NCBI GenBank assembly: GCA_964016885.1 | Contig: OZ024740.1 | Span: 401,202,001 to 401,266,000, forward strand | Reading direction: 5' to 3' | From: Eledone cirrhosa | Taxonomy: Eukaryota | Length of the DNA stretch: 64,000 nt | Part shown: piece after piece, positions 15,598 through 29,100 of the stretch | How the letters are laid out: each line of letters opens with the position of its first letter | Position numbering within the stretch: the first letter of the stretch is position 1 | Translations under genes and position numbers: made by a program | The notes under the pieces: model-generated | Databases searched by the model: none | What the model saw: the letters and a program-made list of their open reading frames with translations, nothing else | What the model was told of the DNA's origin: nothing

Positions 15598-18500
15598 AAC
15601 ACTATGTAGGATCAGAACACTATAGAACACTATGTTTAAATCAGTACAACATAGAACACTATGCAGAATCAGTACAACATAGAACACCATGTAGAATCAA
15701 TTCAACATAGAACATTACGTAGAATCAGTACAACATAGAACACTATGTAGAATCAGTACAGTATAGAACACTATGTAGAATCAGAACAGTATAGAACACT
15801 ATGTAGAACCAGTACGACATAGAACACTATGTAGAATCAGTACAGTATAGAACACTATGTATAATCAGTACAGTATAGAACACTATGTAGAATCAGTACA
15901 ACATAGAACACCATGTAGAATCAATTCAACATAGAACATTACGTAGAATCAGTACAACATAGAACACTATGTAGAATCAGTACAGTATAGAACACTATGT
16001 AGAATCAGTAAGTATAGAGCACTATGTAGAATCAGTACAGTATAGAACACTATGTACAATCAGTACAATATAGAACACTATGTAGAATCAGTAAGTATAG
16101 AACACTATGTAGAATCAGTACAGTATAGAACACTATGTAGAATCAGTACACTATAGAACACTATGTAGAATTAGTAAGTATAGAACACTATGTAGAATCA
16201 GTACAGTATAGAACACTATGTAGAATCAGTACAATATAGAACACTATGTAGAATCAGTAAGTATAGAACACTATGTAGAATCAGTACAGTATAGAACACT
16301 ATGCAGAATCAGTACAACATAGAACACTAAGTAGAATCAGTACAGTATAGAACACTATGTAGAATCAGTACACTATAGAACACTATGTAAAATCAGTACA
16401 ACATAGAACACTATGTAGAATCAGTACAGCATAGAACACTATGTAGAATCAGTACAACATAGAACATTACGTAGAATCAGTACAACATAGAACACTATGT
16501 AGAATCAGTACAACATAGAACACTATGTAGAATCAGTACATCATAGAACACTATGTAGAATCAGTACAGTATAGAACACTATGTAGAATCAGTACAATAT
16601 AGAACACTATGTAGAATCAGTAAGTATAGAACACTATGTAGAATCAGTACAGTATAGAACACTATTTAGAATCAGTACAGTATAGAACACTATGTAGAAT
16701 CAGTACAGTATAGAACACTATATAGAATCAGTACAATATAGAACACTATATAGAATCAGTAAGTATAGAACACTATGTAGAATCAGTACACTATAGAACA
16801 CTATGTAGAATCAGTACAGTATAGAACACTATGTAGAATCAGTACAGTATAGAACACTATGTAGAATCAGTACAGTATAGAACACTATGCAGAATCAGTA
16901 CAGTATAGAACACTATGTAGAATCAGTACAATATAGAACACTATGTAGAATCAGTAAGTATAGAACACTATGTAGAATCAGTACAATATAGAACACTATT
17001 TAGAATCAGTACAGTATAGAACACTATGTAGAATCAGTACAGTATAGAACACTATATAGAATCAGTACAATATAGAACACTATATAGAATCAGTAAGTAT
17101 AGAACACTATGTAGAATCAGTACACTATAGAACACTATGTAGAATCAGTACAGTATAGAACACTATGTAGAATCAGTACAGTATAGAACACTATTTAGAA
17201 TCAGTACAGTATAGAACACTATGAAGAAACAGTACAGTTTAGAACATTATATAGAATCAGTACAATATAGAACACTATATAGAATCAGTAAGTATAGAAC
17301 ACTATGTAGAATCAGAACACTATAGAACACTATGTAGAATCAGTACAGTATAGAACACTATGTAGAATCAGTACAGTATAGAACACTATGTAGAATCAGT
17401 ACAGTATAGAACACTATGTAGAATCAGTACAACATAGAACACTATGTAGAATCAGAACACTATAGAACACTATGTAGAATCAGTACAGTATAGAACACTA
17501 TGTAGGATCAGAACACTATAGAACACTATGTATAAATCAGTACAACATAGAACACTATGTAGAATCAGTACAGTATAGAACACTATGTAGAACCAGTACG
17601 ACATAGAACACTATGTAGAATCAGTACAGTATAGAACACTATGTATAATCAGTACAGTATAGAACACTATGTAGAATCAGTACAACATAGAACACCATGT
17701 AGAATCAATTCAACATAGAACATTAGGTAGAATCAGTACAACATAGAACACTATGTAGAATCAGTACAGTATAGAACACTATGTAGAATCAGTAAGTATA
17801 GAGCACTATGTAGAATCAGTACAGTATAGAACACTATGTACAATCAGGACAATATAGAACACTATGTAGAATCAGTAAGTATAGAACACTATGTAGAATC
17901 AGTACAGTATAGAACACTATGTAGAATCAGTACACTATAGAACACTATGTAGAATTAGTAAGTATAGAACACTATGTAGAATCAGTACAGTATAGAACAC
18001 TATGTAGAATCAGTACAATATAGAACACTATGTAGAATCAGTAAGTATAGAACACTATGTAGAATCAGTACAGTATAGAACACTATGCAGTATCAGTACA
18101 ACATAGAACACTATGTAGAATCAGTACAGTATAGAACACTATGTAGAATCAGTACACTATAGAACACTATGTAAAATCAGTACAACATAGAACACCATGT
18201 AGAATCAATTCAACATAGAACATTACGTAGAATCAGTACAACATAGAACACTATGTAGAATCAGTACAACATAGAACACTATGTAGAATCAGTACAGTAT
18301 AGAATACTATGTAGAATCAGTACAATATAGAACACTATGTAGAATCAGTAAGTATAGAACACTATGTAGAATCAGTACAGTATAGAACACTATTTAGAAT
18401 CAGTACAGTATAGAACACTATGTAGAATCAGTACATTATAGAACACTATATAGAATCAGTACAATATAGAACACTATATAGAATCAGTAAGTATAGAACA

Positions 18501-21500
18501 CTATGTAGAATCAGTACACTATAGAACACTATGTAGAATCAGTACAGTATAGAACACTATGTAGAATCAGTACAGTATAGAACACTATGTAGAATCAGTA
18601 CAGTATAGAACACTATGTAGAATCAGTACAACATAGAACACTATGTAGAATCAGTACAACATAGAACACTATGTAGAATCAGTACAGTATAGAACACTAT
18701 GTAGAATCAGTACAACATAAAACACTATGTAGAATCAGTCCAACATAGAACACTATGTAGAATCAGTACAACATAGAACACTATGTAGAATCAGTACAAC
18801 ATAGAACACCATGTAGAATCAATTCAACATAGAACATTACGTAGAATCAGTACAACATAGAACACTATGCAGAATCAGTACAGTATAGAACACTATGTCG
18901 CCCCAGTACAACATAGAACACTAGAACACTATGTAGAACCAGTACAGTATAGAACACTACGTATAATCAGTACAGTATAGAACACTATGTTGAGTCAGTA
19001 AGTATAGAACACTATGTAGAAGCAGTACAACATAGAACACCATGTAGAATCAACTAAAAATAGAACATTACGTAGAATCAGTACAACATAGAACACTATG
19101 TAGAATCGGTACAGTATAGAGCACTATGTAGAATCAGTACAACATAGAACACTATGTAGAATCAGCACAACATAGAACACTATGTAGAATGAGAACACTA
19201 TAGAACACTATGTAGAATCAGTACAGTATAGAACACTATGTAGGCTCAGAACACTATAGAACACTATGTAAAATCAGTACATCATAGAACACTATGTAGA
19301 ATCAGTACAGTATTGAACACTATGTAGAATCAGTACAGTATAGAACACTATGTAGAATCAGTACAGTATAGAACACTATGTAGAATCAGTACAGTATAGA
19401 ACATTATGTAGAATCAGTACAACATAGAACACTATGTAGAATATGTACCACATAGATCACTATGTAGAATCAATTCAACATAGAACATTACGTAGAATCA
19501 GTACAACATAGAACACTATGTAGAATCAGTACAGTATAGAACACTATGTAGAATCAGTAAGTATAGAGCACTATGTAGAATCAGTACAGTATAGAACACT
19601 ATGTAGAATCAGTACAATATAGAACACTATGTAGAATCAGTAAGTATAGAACACTATGTAGAATCAGTACAGTATAGAACACTATGTAGAATCAGTACAC
19701 TATAGAACACTATGTAGAATTAGTAAGTATAGAACACTATGTAGAATCAGTACAGTATAGAACACTATGTAGAATCAGTACAATATAGAACACTATGTAG
19801 AATCAGTAAGTATAGAACACTATGTAGAATCAGTACAGTATAGAACACTATGCAGAATCAGTACAACATAGAACACTATGTAGAATCAGTACAGTATAGA
19901 ACACTATGTAGAATCAGTACACTATAGAACACTATGTAAAATCAGTACAACATAGAACACTATGTAGAATCAGTACAGCATAGAACACTATGTAGAATCA
20001 GTACAACATAGAACACCATGTAGAATCAATTCAACATAGAACATTACGTAGAATCAGTACAACATAGAACACTATGTAGAATCAGTACAACATAGAACAC
20101 TATGTAGAATCAGTACATCATAGAACACTATGTAGAATCAGTACAGTATAGAACACTATGTAGAATCAGTACAATATAGAACACTATGTAGAATCAGTAA
20201 GTATAGAACACTATGTAGAATCAGTACAGTATAGAACACTATTTAGAATCAGTACAGTATAGAACACTATGTAGAATCAGTACAGTATAGAACACTATGT
20301 AGAATCAGTACAGTATAGAACACTATGTAGAATCAGTACAACATAGAACACTATGTAGAATCAGTACAACATAGAACACTATGTAGAATCAGTACAGTAT
20401 AGAACACTATGTACAATCAGGACAATATAGAACACTATGTAGAATCAGTAAGTATAGAACACTATGTAGAATCAGTACAGTATAGAACACTATGTAGAAT
20501 CAGTACACTATAGAACACTATGTAGAATTAGTAAGTATAGAACACTATGTAGAATCAGTACAGTATAGAACACTATGTAGAATCAGTACAATATAGAACA
20601 CTATGTAGAATCAGTAAGTATAGAACACTATGTAGAATCAGTACAGTATAGAACACTATGCAGTATCAGTACAACATAGAACACTATGTAGAATCAGTAC
20701 AGTATAGAACACTATGTAGAATCAGTACACTATAGAACACTATGTAAAATCAGTACAACATAGAACACCATGTAGAATCAATTCAACATAGAACATTACG
20801 TAGAATCAGTACAACATAGAACACTATGTAGAATCAGTACAACATAGAACACTATGTAGAATCAGTACAGTATAGAATACTATGTAGAATCAGTACAATA
20901 TAGAACACTATGTAGAATCAGTAAGTATAGAACACTATGTAGAATCAGTACAGTATAGAACACTATTTAGAATCAGTACAGTATAGAACACTATGTAGAA
21001 TCAGTACATTATAGAACACTATATAGAATCAGTACAATATAGAACACTATATAGAATCAGTAAGTATAGAACACTATGTAGAATCAGTACACTATAGAAC
21101 ACTATGTAGAATCAGTACAGTATAGAACACTATGTAGAATCAGTACAGTATAGAACACTATGTAGAATCAGTACAGTATAGAACACTATGTAGAATCAGT
21201 ACAACATAGAACACTATGTAGAATCAGTACAACATAGAACACTATGTAGAATCAGTACAGTATAGAACACTATGTAGAATCAGTACAACATAAAACACTA
21301 TGTAGAATCAGTCCAACATAGAACACTATGTAGAATCAGTACAACATAGAACACTATGTAGAATCAGTACAACATAGAACACCATGTAGAATCAATTCAA
21401 CATAGAACATTACGTAGAATCAGTACAACATAGAACACTATGCAGAATCAGTACAGTATAGAACACTATGTCGCCCCAGTACAACATAGAACACTAGAAC

Positions 21501-23782
21501 ACTATGTAGAACCAGTACAGTATAGAACACTACGTATAATCAGTACAGTATAGAACACTATGTTGAGTCAGTAAGTATAGAACACTATGTAGAAGCAGTA
21601 CAACATAGAACACCATGTAGAATCAACTAAAAATAGAACATTACGTAGAATCAGTACAACATAGAACACTATGTAGAATCGGTACAGTATAGAGCACTAT
21701 GTAGAATCAGTACAACATAGAACACTATGTAGAATCAGCACAACATAGAACACTATGTAGAATGAGAACACTATAGAACACTATGTAGAATCAGTACAGT
21801 ATAGAACACTATGTAGGATCAGAACACTATAGAACACTATGTAAAATCAGTACATCATAGAACACTATGTAGAATCAGTACAGTATTGAACACTATGTAG
21901 AATCAGTACAGTATAGAACACTATGTAGAATCAGTACAGTATAGAACACTATGTAGAATCAGTACAGTATAGAACATTATGTAGAATCAGTACAACATAG
22001 AACACTATGTAGAATATGTACCACATAGATCACTATGTAGAATCAATTCAACATAGAACATTACGTAGAATCAGTACAACATAGAACACTATGTAGAATC
22101 AGTACAGTATAGAACACTATGTAGAATCAGTAAGTATAGAGCACTATGTAGAATCAGTACAGTATAGAACACTATGTAGAATCAGTACAATATAGAACAC
22201 TATGTAGAATCAGTAAGTATAGAACACTATGTAGAATCAGTACAGTATAGAACACTATGTAGAATCAGTACACTATAGAACACTATGTAGAATTAGTAAG
22301 TATAGAACACTATGTAGAATCAGTACAGTATAGAACACTATGTAGAATCAGTACAATATAGAACACTATGTAGAATCAGTACAGTATAGAACACTATGTA
22401 GAATCAGTACACTATAGAACACTATGTAAAATCAGTACAACATAGAACACTATGTAGAATCAGTACAGCATAGAACACTATGTAGAATCAGTACAACATA
22501 GAACACCATGTAGAATCAATTCAACATAGAACATTACGTAGAATCAGTACAACATAGAACACTATGTAGAATCAGTACAACATAGAACACTATGTAGAAT
22601 CAGTACATCATAGAACACTATGTAGAATCAGTACAGTATAGAACACTATGTAGAATCAGTACAATATAGAACACTATGTAGAATCAGTAAGTATAGAACA
22701 CTATGTAGAATCAGTACAGTATAGAACACTATTTAGAATCAGTACAGTATAGAACACTATGTAGAATCAGTACAGTATAGAACACTATGTAGAATCAGTA
22801 CAGTATAGAACACTATGTAGAATCAGTACAACATAGAACACTATGTAGAATCAGTACAACATAGAACACTATGTAGAATCAGTACAGTATAGAACACTAT
22901 GTAGAATCAGTACAACATAGAACACTATGTAGAATCAGTACAACATAGAACACTATGTAGAATCAGTACAACATAGAACACCATGTAGAATCAATTCAAC
23001 ATAGAACATTGCGTAGAATCAGTACACTATAGAACACTATGTAGAATCAGTACAGTATAGAACACTATGTAGAATCAGTACAGTATAGAGCACTATGTAG
23101 AATCAGTACAACATAGAACACTATGTAGAATCAGAATACTATAGAACACTATGTAGAATCAGTACAGTATAGAACACTATGTAGGATCAGAACACTATAG
23201 AACACTATGTAAAATCAGTACAACATAGAACACTATGTAGAATCAGTACAACATAGAACACCATGTAGAATCAATTCAACATAGAACATTACGTAGAATC
23301 AGTACAACATAGAACACTATGTAGAATCAGTACAGTATAGAACACTATGTAGAAACAGAACAGTATAGAACACTATGTAGAACCAGTACGACATAGAACA
23401 CTATGTAGAATCAGTACAGTATAGAACACTATGTATAATCAGTACAGTATAGAACACTATGTAGAATCAGTACAACATAGAACACCATGTAGAATCAACT
23501 AAAAACAGAACATTACATAGAATCAGTACAACATAGAACACTATGTAGAATCGGTACAACATAGAACACTATGTAGAATCAGTACAACATAGAACACTAT
23601 GTAGAATCAGCACAGCATAGAACACTATGTAGAATCAATACAACATAGAACACTATGTAGAATTAGTACAGTATAGAACACTATGTAGAATCAGTACAGT
23701 ATAGAACACTATGTAGAATCAGTACATCATAGAACACTATGTAGAATCAGTACAGTATAGAATACTATGTAGAATCAGTACA
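15598..23782 (+). repeat. Copy B of the >=8.2-kb block (copy A at 1-8185)
   Basis: Same markers as copy A at a constant offset of 15,597. Confidence 0.92.
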
Positions 23783-24124
23783 GTATAGAACACTATGTAG
23801 AATCAGTACAGTATAGAACACTATGTAGAATCAGTACGACATAGACCACTATGTAGAATCAGTACAGTATAGACCACTATGTAGAATCAGTACAGTATAG
23901 GACACTATGTAGAATCAGTACAGTATAGAACACTATGTAGAATCAGTACAGTATAGAACACTATGTAGAATCAGTACAACATAGAACACTATGTATAATC
24001 AGTACAGTATAGACCACTATGTAGAATCACTAAAACATTGAACACTATGTAGAATCAACACAACATAGAACACTATGTAGAATCAGTACACTATAGAACA
24101 CTATGTAGAATCAGTACAACATAG

Positions 24125-24240
24125 TGTTCTATGTTGTACTGATTCTACATAGTGTTCTATGTTGTACTGATTCTACATAGTGTTCTATACTGTACTGATT
24201 CTACATAGTGTTCTATGTTGTACTGATTCTACATAGTGTT
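24125..24240 (-). repeat. Inverted block of the satellite (4 monomers + 4 bp), bounded by ACATAG (24119-24124) and CTATGT (24241-24246)
   Basis: The + strand reads TGTTCTATGTTGTACTGATTCTACATAG..., the reverse complement of the monomer. Length 116 = 4x28+4. This is the only minus-orientation tract I saw in the window. Confidence 0.97.
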
Positions 24241-26199
24241 CTATGTAGAATCAGTACAGTATAGAACACTATGTAGATTCAGTACAGTATAGAACACTAT
24301 GTAGAATCAGTACAGTATAGAACACTATGTAGAATCAGTACAACATAGAACACTATGTATAATCAGTACAGTATAGACCACTATGTAGAATCACTAAAAC
24401 ATTGAACACTATGTAGAATCAACACAACATAGAACACTATGTAGAATCAGTACAGTATAGACCACTATGTAGAATCAGTACAGTATAGGACACTATGTAG
24501 TATCAGTACAGTATAGAACACTATATTGCATCAGTACAACATAGAACACCATGCAGAATCAACTAAAAATAGAACATTACGTAGAATCAGTACAACATAG
24601 AACACTATGTAGAATCAGTACAATATAGAACACTGTGTATAATCAGTACAGTATAGAACACTATGTAGAATCAGTACAACATAGAACACTATGCATAATC
24701 AGTACAGTATAGACCACTATGTAGAATCACTAAAACATTGAACACTATGTAGAATCAACACAACATAGAACACTATGTAGAATCAGTACACTATAGAACA
24801 CTATGTAGAATCAGTACAACATAGTACACTATGTAGACTCAGTACAACATAGAACACCATGTAGAATCAGTACAGTATAGAACACTATGTAGAATCAGTA
24901 CAGTATAGAACACTATGTAGAATCAGTACAACATAGAACACTATGTAGAATCAGCACAGCATAGAACACTATGTAGAATCAGTACAACATAGAACACTTT
25001 GTAGAATTAGTACAGTATAGAACACTATGTAGGTTCAATACAATATAGAACACTATGTAGAATCAGTACATCGTAGATCACTATGTAGAATCAATACAAC
25101 ATAGAGCACTATGTAGAATCAGTACAGTATAGAACACTATGTAGAATCAGTACAGTATAGAACACTATGTAGAATCAGTACAACATAGAACACTGTGTAG
25201 AATCAGTACAATATAGAACACTGTGTATAATCAGTACAGTATAGAACATTATGTAGAATCAGTACAACATAGAACACTATGTAGAATATGAACCACATAG
25301 AACACTATGTAGAATCAGTACAGTATAGAACACTATTTAGAATCAGTAAGTATAGAGCACTATGTAGAATCAGTACAGTATAGAACACTATGTAGAATCA
25401 GTAAGTATAGAGCACTATGTAGAATCAGTACAGTATAGAACACTATGTAGAATCTGTACAATATAGAACACTATGTAGAATCAGTAAGTATAGAACACTA
25501 TGTAGAATCAGTACAGTATAGAACACTATGCAGAATCAGTACAACATAGAACACTATGTAGAATCAGTACAGTATAGAACACTATGTAGAATCAGTACAC
25601 TATAAAACACTATGTAAAATCAGTACAACATAGAACACTATGTAGAATCAGTACAACATAGAACACTATGTAGAATCAGTACAACATAGAACACCATGTA
25701 GAATCAATTCAACATAGAACATTACGTAGAATCAGTACAACATAGAACACTATGTAGAATCAGTACAGTATAGAACACTATGTAGAATCAGTAAGTATAG
25801 AGCACTATGTAGAATCAGTACAGTATAGAACACTATGTAGAATCAGTACAATATAGAACACTATGTAGAATCAGTAAGTATAGAACACTATGTAGAATCA
25901 GTACAGTATAGAACACTATGTAGAATCAGTACACTATAGAACACTATGTAGAATTAGTAAGTATAGAACACTATGTAGAATCAGTACAGTATAGAACACT
26001 ATGTAGAATCAGTACAATATAGAACACTATGTAGAATCAGTAAGTATAGAACACTATGTAGAATCAGTACAGTATAGAACACTATGCAGAATCAGTACAA
26101 CATAGAACACTATGTAGAATCAGTACAGTATAGAACACTATGTAGAATCAGTACACTATAGAACACTATGTAAAATCAGTACAACATAGAACACTATGT

Positions 26200-29100
26200 A
26201 GAATCAGTACAGCATAGAACACTATGTAGAATCAGTACAACATAGAACACCATGTAGAATCAATTCAACATAGAACATTGCGTAGAATCAGTACAACATA
26301 GAACACTATGTAGAATCAGTACAACATAGAACACTATGTAGAATCAGTACATCATAGAACACTATGTAGAATCAGTACAGTATAGAACACTATGTAGAAT
26401 CAGTACAATATAGAACACTATGTAGAATCAGTAAGTATAGAACACTATGTAGAATCAGTACAGTATAGAACACTATTTAGAATCAGTACAGTATAGAACA
26501 CTATGTAGAATCAGTACAGTATAGAACACTATGTAGAATCAGTACAGTATAGAACACTATGTAGAATCAGTACAACATAGAACACTATGTAGAATCAGTA
26601 CAACATAGAACACTATGTAGAATCAGTACAGTATAGAACACTATGTAGAATCAGTACAACATAGAACACTATGTAGAATCAGTACAACATAGAACACTAT
26701 GTAGAATCAGTACAACATAGAACACCATGTAGAATCAATTCAACATAGAACATTACGTAGAATCAGTACACTATAGAACACTATGTAGAATCAGTACAGT
26801 ATAGAACACTATGTAGAATCAGTGCAGTATAGAACACTATGTTGAATCAGTACAGTATAGAGCACTATGTAGAATCAGTACAACATAGAACACTATGTAG
26901 AATCAGAACACTATAGAACACTATGTAGAATCAGTACAGTATAGAACACTATGTAGGATCAGAACACTATAGAACACTATGTAAAATCAGTACAACATAG
27001 AACACTATGTAGAATCAGTACAACATAGAACACCATGTAGAATCAATTCAACATAGAACATTACGTAGAATCAGTACAACATAGAACACTATGTAGAATC
27101 AGTACAGTATAGAACACTATGTAGAATCAGAACAGTATAGAACACTATGTAGAACCAGTACGACATAGAACACTATGTAGAATCAGTACAGTATAGAACA
27201 CTATGTATAATCAGTACAGTATAGAACACTATGTAGAATCAGTACAACATAGAACACCATGTAGAATCAACTAAAAACAGAACATTACATAGAATCAGTA
27301 CAACATAGAACACTATGTAGAATCGGTACAACATAGAACACTATGTAGAATCAGTACAACATAGAACACTATGTAGAATCAGCACAGCATAGAACACTAT
27401 GTAGAATCAATACAACATAGAACACTATGTAGAATTAGTACAGTATAGAACACTATGTAGAATCAGTACAGTATAGAACACTATGTAGAATCAGTACATC
27501 ATAGAACACTATGTAGAATCAGTACAGTATAGAATACTATGTAGAATCAGTACAGTATAGAACACTATGTAGAATCAGTACAGTATAGAACACTATGTAG
27601 AATCAGTACGACATAGACCACTATGTAGAATCAGTACAGTATAGACCACTATGTAGAATCAGTACAGTATAGGACACTATGTAGAATCAGTACAGTATAG
27701 AACACTATGTAGAATCAGTACAGTATAGAACACTATGTAGAATCAGTACAACATAGAACACTATGTATAATCAGTACAGTATAGACCACTATGTAGAATC
27801 ACTAAAACATTGAACACTATGTAGAATCAACACAACATAGAACACTATGTAGAATCAGTACAGTATAGACCACTATGTAGAATCAGTACAGTATAGGACA
27901 CTATGTAGTATCAGTACAGTATAGAACACTATATTGCATCAGTACAACATAGAACACCATGCAGAATCAACTAAAAATAGAACATTACGTAGAATCAGTA
28001 CAACATAGAACACTATGTAGAATCAGTACAATATAGAACACTGTGTATAATCAGTACAGTATAGAACACTATGTAGAATCAGTACAACATAGAACACTAT
28101 GCATAATCAGTACAGTATAGACCACTATGTAGAATCACTAAAACATTGAACACTATGTAGAATCAACACAACATAGAACACTATGTAGAATCAGTACACT
28201 ATAGAACACTATGTAGAATCAGTACAACATAGAACACTATGTAGACTCAGTACAACATAGAATACCATGTAGAATCAGTACAGTATAGAACACTATGTAG
28301 AATCAGTACAGTATAGAACACTATGTAGAATCAGTACAACATAGAACACTATGTAGAATCAGCACAGCATAGAACACTATGTAGAATCAGTACAACATAG
28401 AACACTTTGTAGAATTAGTACAGTATAGAACACTATGTAGGTTCAATACAATATAGAACACTATGTAGAATCAGTACATCGTAGATCACTATGTAGAATC
28501 AATACAACATAGAGCACTATGTAGAATCAGTACAGTATAGAACACTATGTAGAATCAGTACAGTATAGAACACTATGTAGAATCAGTACAACATAGAACA
28601 CTGTGTAGAATCAGTACAATATAGAACACTGTGTATAATCAGTACAGTATAGAACATTATGTAGAATCAGTACAACATAGAACACTATGTAGAATATGAA
28701 CCACATAGAACACTATGTAGAATAAATTCAACATAGAACATTACGTAGAATCAGTACAACATAGAATACTATGTAGAATCAGTACAGTATAGAACACTAT
28801 GTAGAATCAGTAAGTATAGAGCACTATGTAGAATCAGTACAGTATAGAACACTATGTAGAATCTGTACAATATAGAACACTATGTAGAATCAGTAAGTAT
28901 AGAACACTATGTAGAATCAGTACAGTATAGAACACTATGCAGAATCAGTACAACATAGAACACTATGTAGAATCAGTACAGTATAGAACACTATGTAGAA
29001 TCAGTACACTATAAAACACTATGTAAAATCAGTACAACATAGAACACTATGTAGAATCAGTACAACATAGAACACTATGTAGAATCAGTACAACATAGAA

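Noticed and set aside
24119-24246. MITE or recombinase-invertible switch with terminal inverted repeats
   Set aside because: The interior is pure satellite, the inverted repeats are the monomer's own hexamers present in hundreds of copies, and there is no target-site duplication or recombinase gene.
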